From: Octopus sinensis | Lineage: Eukaryota | NCBI RefSeq assembly: GCF_006345805.1 | Contig: NC_043008.1 | Span: 19,282,001-19,346,000, forward strand | Length of the DNA: 64,000 bases | Direction: 5' to 3' | Shown: positions 49,341-61,215 of the stretch, piece after piece | Position numbering within the stretch: the first letter of the stretch is position 1 | Layout of the letters: the number at the start of each line of letters is the position of its first letter | Translations under genes and position numbers: made by a program | Notes under the pieces: generated by a model | The model's database searches: none | Told to the model about the DNA's origin: nothing | Seen by the model: only the letters and a program-made list of their open reading frames with translations

Positions 49341-50580
49341 TTGTTTTGACATCACATGATTGTTATAAATGAACGTTCTTCATTTCCAGTATTCTGTGAA
49401 AACATTTGTCTGACTATAGAGGTAAATATTACAAATATTACCTTGTTTTGCAAACAAGTAAAGGTTGGCAACAGAAAGTTCTAGAGAAGATCTGCCTTGA
49501 TAAACTCTGTGGAACCCATTACAGGCATGAAAAAGGGGACACAAAAAGGATGTGCCTAGATTCGAAGCAATTATTATATTATGAGCAGGTGCGGGCATGG
49601 CTGTGTGGTTAGGGAGCTTGCTTCCTAGCTACATGGTTTTGGGTTCAGTCCCACTGCGTGGCACTTTGGGTAGGTGTCTTCCTCTATAGCCCCGAGCCAA
49701 CCGAAGCTTTGTGATTGAATTCGGTAGGCGGGAGCTACTGCCATGTGTGTATGTGTGCGTATAGCTGCTCAGTGCCTCTCCAAAAGCGAGAGAGAGGGAG
49801 CTACTTTAATCCTTTGGTAATTTCTTGAGAAACCGAATCCATAACTGGCTTTTAATTCCTAGATTGAACTACTTTTCCTCTTCAAGCAGTGCTGGATTGA
49901 CCATTCATTTGTAAACCATTTACCATTTTTCTGGTGCCCCATTTCACCCGATACCCTAAGCACGAACTTATTTTGCTTAATGGTTAATCCAGTGCTGTTT
50001 GAGGAGAAAAAGTAGTTTAACCTAGTTTTAATTTGTTAATGCTTCACTTGTAATATGCTAATGTCTTGATAAAAAAACGTGACTGTCATAATTTCAAGTT
50101 TTTCCTCTCAAACAGTTCACCGTTTGGTTTGTGGTGTTCACTTTACATCACAAACTTTTCCACAGGCAATAAGATAGCCTCTGTATCAATGTTTCTCATT
50201 AACTGAAGGCTGTGGGCATTGAAATGGGGGCAAAGAAATTGCCATGTTTAATAAAAAGATTTAATTATAAATGTTGTATTTAGGAATGGTCAGTTTAGCC
50301 AATAAAAACACACACACTATTTAAACTTGGCTTTTTTATTTTGATTTTAAGGCATCTATATAGACCTGGTGTGGTGAAGGCTTTATTTATCTGACACATG
50401 CTTTTAATCCTATTCTATATCTGTTATTGAGGCCATCTACTTGATTAATACCAATTTCACAGATTCCAACCTTATTTCCTTCTCTTCTGCAGTCTTTCAT
50501 TTCACTTTCAGTTTGTACCATACTATCTTTCTCTCTGCTTCAGCTTTATTTACTTTTTGCATTAATCTTAATCTTATTTC

Positions 50581-50625
50581 GGCCAGAGCTCTTTCATCAC
50601 ACTTCTGTGACCTCATCAGTGGTCC
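50581..50625 (-). ncRNA. Degenerate hammerhead ribozyme motif (antisense to the gene)
   Basis: - strand GGACCA CTGATGA G GTCACA gaag TGTGAT GAAA GAGCTC TGGCC. Confidence 0.5.
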
Positions 50626-53600
50626 TTTGCTTTCTTCTTTCTTATTTGTGTGTCTCTCCTTACTAAACTGGCAAAATGACCATTCCTAAATACTACAAAA
50701 TCTGTTTCAACACACGATTTCACATCAAGAATCTTGCAAAACAAATATATAAATGTAATTTAATTATAAAGTTTTTACACTTGTCTAATGCCATGACCAA
50801 TATCGACGTATTATATGGACACAAGCTTTATTTTAATAACAAATAGGAAGGTTTTAGATTTTAGCACACAGCCAGTAATTTCAGGGGAGAGTGTAAATCA
50901 ATTACATCAACCGCAGTGCTCAACTGATACTTAATTTATTGACCATGAGAGGTTGAAAAGCAAAGTCGACCTCAGTGGAATTGGAACTCAGCGTAAAGAT
51001 GGATAAAACACTGCCAAAAGTGCTAATGATTCTGCCGGCTCATTTCATTTGAAACTAATAAAAGGTGGGAAGGAATATTTTTTAGGTGTGGGTGAGATAG
51101 AACCCAGTTTTTGTCAGTTTGAGAATTTCAATGCTACATGGTTGTTTGGCCTTATAGAAATAGCAGCCAAATAATCTTCAAATCATATCCTAGCATTTTT
51201 TTTCAAAAACAAAGGACACATTGCATAATGCAATACTGGGTACACAGTACCTGAATAAAAAAAATCAGGCTTTGTTATCGATGGAGATTGGGTTGCCTTT
51301 AACCAAAATGCCTGCTGGAATAGGGCTGATGTTGAGGTTAAAAAACACCATTCGAGCGTGATCGTTACCAGCATCGCCTTACTGGCACCCATGCCGGTGG
51401 CATGTGTAAAATATTCGAGCGAGGTCATTGCCAGTGCCACCTGACTGGCCTCATGCCGGTGGCATGTAACAATAAGGATAATTTTAAAAGAAGTAGTGGC
51501 AGATACTGGTGTTATGCAAACTGGCCCCCATGCCAGTGGCATGTAAAACCCACCCTGGTGTCATGCAAATTGCACTTGTGCCAGTGGAATATAAAAGCAC
51601 CCCCTACACTCTTGGAGTGGTTGGCGTTGGGGAGGGCATTCAGCCATAGAAAACTATGCTAAATCATACAAGTCTGGATCCCATGGAGTGGTTGGCATTT
51701 GGAAGGGCATCCAGCTGTAGAAACTCTGCCAGATCAAGATTGAAGCCCGGTGCAGCCATCTGGTTCGCCAGTCCTCAGTCACACGTCCAACCCATGCTAG
51801 CATGGAAAGCGGACGTTAAACGATGATGATGATGATGATGATGAAGTGTGTTATCTTCCCTGCAGTCTTGATACCACTTTTTCTTCCACCAGCATCAATG
51901 AACACTTTTCCTTCAAATTCTTTCCTCTTTCTCTTTACTCCAATCATCTCCTCTATCTCTTCTTCATTTTGGAATTCCTGTTGTTGGGTTTTAACTTAGA
52001 TATTTCTTCACTACCCACAAGGGGATAAACAAGGACAGACAAATGGATTAAGTCGATTACATCGACCTCAGTGCGTAACTGGTACTTAATTTATCGACCC
52101 CGAAAGGATGAAAGGCAAAGTCGACCTCGGCGGAATTTGAACTCAGAACGTAACAGCAGACGAAATACGGCTACGCATTTCGCCCGGCGTGCTAACGTTT
52201 CTGCCAGCTCGCCGCCTTGTTGGGTTTTAACTTATAGTTGCACATACACACACACATATACAGATGTTTGGGTATCTAATCACTGCTGTTGACAAGAAAC
52301 CTTCACAACTTTCTCACCCTTTTTGTTCCCAGTCTACCCTCCACATCTTTCCTCTTCAGCATCTCTATTTTGTTGTTCTCCTCCTCCATCATCTCGCCCA
52401 ATTGCCCCATGTATAGCACTTGCATTTCTTTTTGTGTGCATAATATAATAAGGACCCCCCCCCCATGTCTAGGACCTTGTCTTGCCACATGATTTTCATA
52501 CCAACCACATGGTTCAGGTTCAGTTCCACCGCGTGGCATCTTGGGCAAGTGTCTTCTACTATAGCCTCGGGCCGACCAAAGCCTTGTGAGTGGATTTGGT
52601 AGACGGAAACTGAAAGAAGCCCGTCGTATATATGCATATATATGTATGTGTGTGTATGTTTGTGTGTCTGTGTTTGTCCCCCTAGCATTGCTTGACAGCC
52701 GAAGATGGTGTGTTTACGTCGCCGTCACTTAGCGGTTCGGCAAAAGAGAGCGATAGAATAAGCACTGGGCTTACAAAGAATAAGTCCCGGGGTCGATTTG
52801 CTCGACTAAAGGCAGTGCTCCAGCCTGGCCGCAGTCAAATGACTGAAACAAACAAAACAGTAAAAGAGTAAAGAGAGCTTTCTCAGGCAGTTAGAAACAA
52901 ACAACAACAAAAAAAAGCTAGTGTCGTTGGTTGTGCTTTCTTCTGTTACTACTCCTTTATTACTATCTCTGACCCTATTATCTCCCTCACTTGATTATCA
53001 TAATTTATGCACAGACACATGTTGCTGTACATCTGTGAATGCATATTCTAAATCTGTTGTTGGCCTATCATCTTTTTTTCTTTTCACTCACACAGTAATC
53101 TCCCCTTTCATGTAAATTTTACTTACACTCCCTTGACTTCATTTCGCTGCTTTCCAACACTCTTCTCCATCATTTTAAAGGTTCCCTTACTCAACTCAGT
53201 GGTAAAGTTACTGATGCACAACATGTACAAAGCTACAGAGGTCGTGTAGTTTACTTGAAATGCTTATACAAAGGACAGGTGTTGAAGAAAGATCTATATT
53301 CAAAATTTTGTCTTTACTCTCTCTTTTACTTTTTTACTTGTTTCAGTCATTTGACTGCGGCCATGCTGGAGCACCGCCTTTAATCGAGCAACTCGACCCT
53401 GGGACTTATTCTTTTGTAAGCCCAGTACTTATTCTGTCGGTCTCTTTTGCCGAACCGCTAAGTAACGGGGACTTAAACACAACAGCATCGGTTGTCAAGC
53501 AATGCTAGGGGGACAAACACAGACACACAAACACACACACATATATATATACATACAAACGATGGGCTTCTTCCAGTTTCTGTCTACCAAATCCACTCAC

Positions 53601-55460
53601 AAGGCTTTGGTTGGCCCGAGGCTATAGTAGAAGACACTTGCCTAAGGTGCCACGCAGTGGGACAGAACCCGGAACCATGTGGTTGGGAAGCAAGCTACTT
53701 ACCACACAGCCACTCCTGCGCCTATAATTAATCTTTATTTCAAAAATACAGCAACCCCACCCCCACCAAATTTTTAATTAAGTGTTGGTACTAGAAACTA
53801 TTTCAGCTGCAAACATTTAGCAACTTTTTATACTATTGTTCCTTTCAACACAGCTGTGATGTCAGATATTAAAGAATTTCGGATTTGTTACTGACCCACT
53901 TCCTGGCACAAATTGTTTATCCATTTGTTCAATATCCGTTTTTCCATTCTAGTATGGGTTTAGAGAAGAGTTGGAGGCGCAATGGCCCAGTGGTTAGGGC
54001 AGCGGACTCGCAGTCATAGGATCGCGGTTTCGATTCCCAGCAGGGGATGGTGGTGATCCCTGCTGTACTCTTTCACCACAACTTTCTCTCACTCTTACTT
54101 CCTGTTTCTGATGTACCTGTATTTCAAAGGGCCGGCCTTGTCACTCTCTGTGTCACGCTGAATATCCCCGAGAACTACGTTAAGGGTACACGTGTCTGTG
54201 GAGTGCTCAGCCACTTACACGTTAATTTCACGAGCAGGCTGTTTTGTTGATTTGGATCAACCGGAACCCTCGTCGTCGTAACCGACGGAGTGCTTCCATC
54301 CAGAGAAGAGTTATTTGCAGCAGGGTTTGATAGCCAGATGCTCTTTCTGTTGCCAACCTCCCTAAACCAGTGCTACCCAAGGTGGTGCCAGTCCGTGAGC
54401 CATCAGCTGCTGGTACTTGACGAGTTGCCAAAAAAGAAAGAAGCATTATAAAACGCTTGTGTAATATTATTTGTTTACAAAATAAATGTACGATAAAAAA
54501 AATGACAACTTTTATTATATTCATTATTATAGGCATAGGAGTGGCTGTGTGGTAAGTAGCTTGCTTACGAACCACACGGTTCTGGGTTCAGTGCCACTGC
54601 ATAGCACCTTGGGCAAGTGTCTTCTACTATAGCCTCGGGCCGTTCAAAGCCTTGTGAGTGTATATGTATATATATATGTTTGTGTGTTTGTCCCCTCCAA
54701 CATCGCTTGACAACTGATGCTGGTGTGTTTACGTCCCCATAACTTAGTGGTTTGGCAAAAGAGACTGATAGAATAAGTACTAGGCTTACAAAGAATAAGC
54801 TCTAGGGTCAATTTGCTTGACTAAAGGTGGTGCTCCAGCATGGCCACATTCAAATGACTGAAACAAGTAAAAGAATATACACACACACACACACATGTAT
54901 TTCATTCTTTTCTTTCACTCACTTGACAGCGACCATGCGGGGGTACTACCTTGATGTTTTAGTCAAATGAATCAGCCCTAGTATTTTTTTTTAGCCTGCT
55001 ACTTATTCTATCGATCTCTTTTGCCAAACCGCTAAGTAACGGTGATGCAAACACACCTTCACTGGTTGTCAAGCAATGGTGGTAGTGGGGGTGGGGGACA
55101 AATACAGACACAAAGAAACACACACATAGATATTCACACACACACACACGCATCTATATGATGGGCTTCTTTCAGTTTCCATCTACCTAATCCACTTACA
55201 AGGCTTTGGTTGGCCTGAGGCTATACTGGAAGACACTTGGCCAAGGTGCCACAGAGTGGAACTGAACCTGGAACCAAGTGGTTGGAAAGCAAGCTTCTTA
55301 CCACAGCCATGCCTTTGCTTTTATATATATTAAAAAATTTTTTTAATAATATGTATACATATATATACACACACACGCACACACATTATTAAGGAAAAAA
55401 ACATTTTAATGATTTTATCAAGTGGCCAGTGTGTATCTGTTCTGTATGTGTGTGTAAGTG

Positions 55461-55916
55461 TATCTATCTATCTATCCACTCAGTCGAAGTCGACTCTCGG
55501 TTACTCGATGGATCAGTGTCCTCCAGCCAGTTCTATCCTGGACCGCCTCTTTCAGATTTGCTATGTCCATTCCCGTATCACTCTTGATGGTGTTAAGCCA
55601 GCGGGTTCTTGGTCGGCCTCTTCCTCTCTTGCCACTGACCATTCCGAGCATGATGTCCTTCTCCAGGGATTTTCTCTGCATAATCTGACCAAAATATGTC
55701 AATCTCTGCTTGGTGATCCTAGCTTCTAGCGACAGTTTCGGCCTGATCTGGTTAATAACTTCTCCATTGGTGAGCCTTGCTGTCCATGGAATCCGTGAAA
55801 GTCTTCTCCAACACCAAAGCTTGAATGCATTTATTCTCCTCTGGTCAGCTTTCTTTAGTGTCCAGGTCTCACATCCATATGTTGCTATTGGGAAGACAAT
55901 TGCATTCACCAATCTG
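55461..55916 (-). mobile_element. RTE-BovB-like LINE 3' fragment with (ATAG)n tail
   Basis: LVNAIVFPIATYGCETWTLKKADQRRINAFKLWCWRRL...RVTESRLRLSG*, uninterrupted frame (ORF 55472-55951). Confidence 0.92.
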
Positions 55917-55925
55917 TATATATAC

Positions 55926-56157
55926 ATACACAAATATAGGAGAGAATCCACTATATGGACGCTCTTGCGCTAAAAATAGATCCGCAATGGTCTCAACCAT
56001 GTATCTACATTTTTGTTATTTTTCATTTATTCTGCTCACTTACGTTCATAGTTGTACTAATTTTTCTTGAGAACAATTCTTGGTAGTTGAGACCATTGCG
56101 GATCTATTTTTAGCGCAAGAGCGTCCACATAGTGGATTCTCTCTTATATTTGTGTAT
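55926..56157. repeat. Inverted repeat, 72-bp arms (2 mismatches), 88-nt spacer
   Basis: 55926-55997 is the reverse complement of 56086-56157. Confidence 0.95.
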
Positions 56158-56296
56158 TAATATTTACTGAATCTCAGTTTTTATGCGCTAAACCACTTGG
56201 TGTTAAATTAGCGTTATTAAATTAATATCCAATTTTTTCACCCTTATTTTTCCGGTGAAGGAAAAATTTATAAAAAGAATTTTTTTTCTCTGCGAA

Positions 56297-56660
56297 CAGA
56301 TCTGATTTTGATTAGTCAAAAAATTTATGACGTTTTACCTCAGTAGTCAAGCTTGTCGCCATGCTTGATTGGTTTCCCTACAAGATACAGTTATGGGTCA
56401 AGTCTAATTCTGATTCGTTAAAAAATTGATGACGTTTTTCTTCCGTGGTCAAACTAACCAGGATACAATTATGGGTCAGATCTGACTTTGATTCGCTAAA
56501 AAATTGATGACGTTTTTCTTCCATGGTCAAACTAGCCACCTAACAGGATACAATTATGGGTCAGATCTAATTTTGATTCGCTAAAAAATTGATGACGTTT
56601 TTCTTCCGTGGTCAAACTTGTCGTTCTGCTTGGCTGGTTTCCTAAACAGGATACAGTTGG
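56297..56660 (+). repeat. Minisatellite, about 4 units of 78-101 bp
   Basis: aaaaattgatgacgtttt core at ~56326, 56427, 56505, 56590. Confidence 0.9.
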
Positions 56661-57148
56661 GGGTCTTTTCCTTATAATCGTTGAAGCTTGGCTTTGATTG
56701 GTTTGGAATTATATGACGTCAGTGAACAGTGCCAGAGACCACAGCTACTACTGACTTAACTGATATAAACCCAACAATCACAAGTTGACCAAAATTACGA
56801 CAACCAATAATCACTACTGTTGCCCCCATCGGAACACAAGGTAAAATCTATAATGAACTCCTGCACTACACTTGACAAAACAGTGGGGAACGACTTACAC
56901 CTTATAATATATTTTTCGCCTTTTCAAGAACATGGATTCTATTGAATGTATATAGCATGGACTCTATTGAATGTATGAAACAATTGTGAACTGTTCCATT
57001 ATACTCTTTATTATAAAAAAATTCTTTTTGATAAGGTTCGTTATTTCAAGAACCGAAACATGTAAAAATTAAAATTTATCTAATATAGTGGCATTTTCAA
57101 ACTTCTTTTTTACAAATATATACCCACTCGTATACGATCTAATCTTAT

Positions 57149-57187
<39 letters not shown>

Positions 57188-57641
57188 GTGTGTCTGTATG
57201 TGTGTATATACCCACACCCTCACATAACAATCCATTTTAAAAAGAAACTCTGAAAAACTACAAGGTACTGTATGTAGTTGTCGATGCTCCAAATTACGGG
57301 ATGCTCGTGTCTGGAGCAACATTGCTCATAGGTCTGCTTGGTTTGGGCTGGTCTAGGGTTAAATAGCATCAACACAACCACCAGTCCCTTGGGTATTTTA
57401 GTAGACTTCAATCTGTAACAAGCATTTGGAGCAAACCTGTTTTCCTTTTTCAAAAACTGTGATAAAATTTGAGGTAGATTTGACTGCTGTTTCTACTTGT
57501 TTGAGTGACCGCATAGAGGTATAATGATGGAATGAATCCCTTCCTCATTTTTTAAACAGTAGAAAGTTTTAGATGCTTTGTTTTGTTTTTCATGTGTGAA
57601 TTCAACTTAAAATGTTTCCTGGTGTCTCTCTTCTCTTCCAG

Positions 57642-57925
57642 CATCAAAAATAGCGAAGGTGAGACAGCGTGCAGTTTAGCCAGGAAATCTGGCTTCTTGG
57701 AATGCGCCCGCAACCTCGAAATGGCTGCCATGGGCTCCATCAACGAGAGCCGAAGAACAGTTGTTGATGACATGGAAGTGCAAAGCTCAAGAAATTTACA
57801 CGAAAAGTCTCTGAGCGATATCCTCATGGACAAGGAAGTCAAAAAGAACAGGAAATTAGTTGGTGGTCGGAAGAGAACTCTAGAAGATTTAGATGAAGGA
57901 ATTTTCAAATATTTACGACAAGGGG
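57642..57925 (+). CDS. ANKRD10: ANKRD10-like coding exon 4 (IKNSEGETACSLARKSGFLECARNL...GGRKRTLEDLDEGIFKYLRQG)
   Basis: ctctcttctcttccag acceptor ending 57641; phase 2 matches exon 3 (GG+C); last ankyrin repeat plus basic RKRTLED motif like RKRCLED of ANKRD10; donor G|GTAAGT at 57925/57926 (phase 1), so at least one more exon is expected. Confidence 0.9.
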
Positions 57926-58399
57926 GTAAGTTTTGTCCTTTTGATTTTGACAGTTGTGGTGTTCCATACAATGCCTGAATTAAAACAAATTGTAAGCAAG
58001 GACATAACTCTGCTTCTTCTAGTTTGCTTGGTAGGGCAAAATAAAGCCTGGATCCCTCCACTTTTCAATGGGTAAGACGATCAAGTCCAGGGTTCAGCAA
58101 TAGATGGGCAATGACCCATAAGGGCTCCACTGAAGTGTTTTTTTTAGTTTTCTATAGGATTCAGATCCTTTTTTAAAGATAAAAAAAATTTGTTATATTC
58201 TTGGTCTGTTGAGAAATCAAGGGTTTTTCTTTAATCGAATGTGGGCCTCGAGAAAAAGAAGTCGCTGGCCCTTGATCTAATTTTTTAAAAAATCAATATC
58301 ACATGTGTATACAGGGAAAAATGGATTTTGAAGAGTAAACAAATGAAACAAGTAAAGAAAAAAATCAAACGACATGTAAGTCTGTGTTTCATTTTAGCT

Positions 58400-58856
58400 T
58401 TAATTCAATTCAATTCAATTTTTATTGGCTCAAAAAGTAAAAGCAAGGTCATGTAGGGGGACAGGGAGTTATGTACAGGGAGGGTGGCCATACAAAGAGT
58501 TCAGGCCATTTCTGGTCAAGAGAGACTTTGAACCGAGTGGTCGTCGGCATCTTCACTATTTCATCCGGCGGCTTATTCCACGGATCCGCAACCCGGACGG
58601 AGAAAGCCCCTCTCCTCCAATTGAGATGAAATCGTCGTAGATAGAGCTTTTCGGAGTGACCCCGCAGCCGACGCTCTGGAGCAGGAGTGAAGAACAGCTC
58701 CTTCGAGAGGTTACACTTTCCGCTTATGATGTTGTGAGCGAGAATGAGATCACCACGGCGTCGTCGTCTTTCGAGAGAAAAAGGGTCGAGCGTCTTCAGC
58801 CTTTCTTCATAAGACAAATGCTTGAGACCAAGAACGATGCGGGTGGCCAGCTTGGA
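58400..58856 (-). mobile_element. CR1 LINE 3' fragment, (ATTGA)n tail, inverted relative to 46303-46732
   Basis: KLATRIVLGLKHLSYEERL...QKWPELF (ORF 58449-59030); about 90% identical to the 46303 copy by eye. Confidence 0.92.
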
Positions 58857-59042
58857 AATGAGGAAACAGAAATATGAACATTTTAGTAGCTGCACAGTAT
58901 TTATCACACATGGTTCCACTTGAGTATCTGTTGAAGTTCCCACAGGTAGGCGGACTATGTTGTGGGATAGTGTCAGGGTATTGGGAATATTTATTGGCTG
59001 CAGGACACATACACACTCACACACACACATTTACATATTTGA

Positions 59043-59130
59043 AGCTCTGATGAAGCTATAAGATGATAACACAAACACTCAACTATGAGTGCATCGCATC
59101 TTACAGCAGAAACAGCCGTGAGCTAATAAA
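59043..59130 (+). ncRNA. Degenerate hammerhead motif with long stem II, followed by AATAAA
   Basis: AGCT CTGATGA A GCTATAAGATG..CATCTTACAGC A GAAA CAGCCGT G AGCT AATAAA. Confidence 0.55.
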
Positions 59131-59199
59131 CTTCATTGCATTATTTCTTGTTCCCTTGCCATTTGTATAATTTCTTATACACTCCCTCATGCATGTGAA

Positions 59200-59530
59200 G
59201 GCGCATGGCTCAGTGGTTAGAGCATCGAGCTTATGATCGTGAGGTTGTGAGTTCGATTCCTGGACTGGGCTGTGTGTTGTGTTCTTGAGCAAGACACTTT
59301 ATTTCACGTTGTTCTAGTTCACTCAGCTGTAGAAATGAGTTGCGACATCACTAGTGCCAAGCTATATCGGCCTTTGTCTTTCTTTTGGATAACACTAGTG
59401 GCGTGGAGAGGAGAGGTTGGTATGCATGGGCGACTGCTGGCCTTCCATAAACAACCTTGCCCAGACTTGTACTTCGGAGGGTAACTTTCTAGGTGCAATC
59501 CCAACGTCATTCACGACCAAACGGGGTCAC
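59200..59530 (+). mobile_element. SINE family F (tRNA head, CORE-like ttgagcaagacactttatttcacgttg..cagctgtagaaatgag)
   Basis: A/B boxes; centre aligns by eye with the MIR CORE domain; copies at ~40615-41285(+), 42760-43080(+), 44700-44920(-). Confidence 0.78.
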
Positions 59531-60248
59531 CCCTCATGCATGTGGTGAGCTTCTTTGAGTTTCTAGCAAATCCACTCACAAGGTTTTGGTTGGTCCAGGT
59601 CTACAGTAGAAGACACTTGCCTAAGGTGCTATGCAGTGGGACTGAACCTGGAACCATGAGATCATGAAGCATATTTCCTAATCACACAGCCACACCTATG
59701 CCTATAAAGACGATATTGTTGATATTAGCCTTCTGTTGGTGTAGGATAGTCAAACAAAACAAATACTTAGAGTAACAGCTGTGGCAAATACAACATTATA
59801 TAATTTCTTCTCTGTTTATTTAATTATATCAGCTGAAATAATTTATATCATCGTCAGGAGTGGCTGTGTGGTAAGTAGCTTGCTTACCAACCGCATGTTC
59901 CGGGTTCAGTCCCACTGTGTGGCACCTTGGGCAAGTATCTTCTGCTATAGCCTCAGGCTGTCCAAAGCCTTGTGAGTGGATTTGGTAGACGGAAACTGAA
60001 AGAAGCCCGTCATATCAGGGAGCTGGCAGAACTGTTAGCACGCCAGGCGAAATGCATAGCCGTATTTCTTCTGCCATTACAATCTGAGTTCAAATTCCGC
60101 CGAGGTCGACTTTGCCTTTCATCCTTTCGAGGTCGATAAATTAAGTACCAGTTACGCACTGGTGCTGATGTAATCGACGTAATCCATTTGTTTGTCCTGG
60201 TTTGTCCCTTCTATGTTTAGCCCCTTGTGGGTAATAAAAAAATATATA

Positions 60249-60301
<53 letters not shown>

Positions 60302-60867
60302 CATACACACACACACACACACACACATATAGGTTAAGGTAGAGAGGCCAGGCATGATAAGGACATTTAATTCAATCTAAATTTAGCCACATAAAGAATG
60401 GTAAAAGATTGTAAAAGAAATAGTTTCTGACTTACGTTTCCCCACCTACTTCTATAACAGGTTTATGTCTTAACCTTTTTGTATCTCAAATAGTGAATCT
60501 TTTGTTTACTAGTTGACATCTAGTTTCACTTTCCTTAGTGGTTAGACAACCATAGTATCCTCCCCCCCACCGTAAGATCTAGCGATCTATTATAAACTCA
60601 ACTATTATCTTTCTTATGTCCACTTTACTACCTACACTCCTCCTCATTGATATCCAGCCCTGTAGGTCGCCGCCGTTCAAGAATTTGGACCTGGAGATCT
60701 CCATTTCCAGCGACTTTGAGGGCCACCTCCCAGTGGTGTCGGGCGTCAACGAAAAGCCCTTGACTACAACAAGACAACCTCGGATGGGAATGCCAATTTA
60801 CTAGTCCTTGGCACTCTCCCTCTAATTTTCTTAGACAAAAATACCCCTCATTATACTGCTTAGTAAA

Positions 60868-61215
60868 AAGGCGGCGAGCTGGCAGAAACGTTAGCACACT
60901 GCTAAGCGATATTTCGTCTGCCGTTACGTTCTGAGTTCAAATTCCACCGAGGTCGACTTTACCTTTCATTCTTTCGGGGTTGATAAATTAACTATCAGTT
61001 ATGCACTGGGGTCGATATAATTGACTTAATCCGTTTATCTGTCCTTGTTTGTTCTCTCTGTGTTTAGCCCCTTGTGGGTAGTAAAGAAATAGGTATTTTG
61101 TCTGCTGCTATGTTCTGAGTTCTAATTCTGCCGAGGTTGACTTTGCCTTTCATCCTTTTGGGGTCAAATAAATATGTACATGTGAAACACTGGGGTCCAT
61201 GTAATTGACTAGCCC
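60868..61215 (+). mobile_element. SINE family A plus partial second unit
   Basis: Junction aaagaaataggtattttgtctgc at ~61083-61105. Confidence 0.85.

Noticed and set aside
56420-56600. C/D snoRNA array (TGATGA in each unit)
   Set aside because: Box C context is TTGATGA, only one unit has a CTGA D box, and there are no terminal stems.
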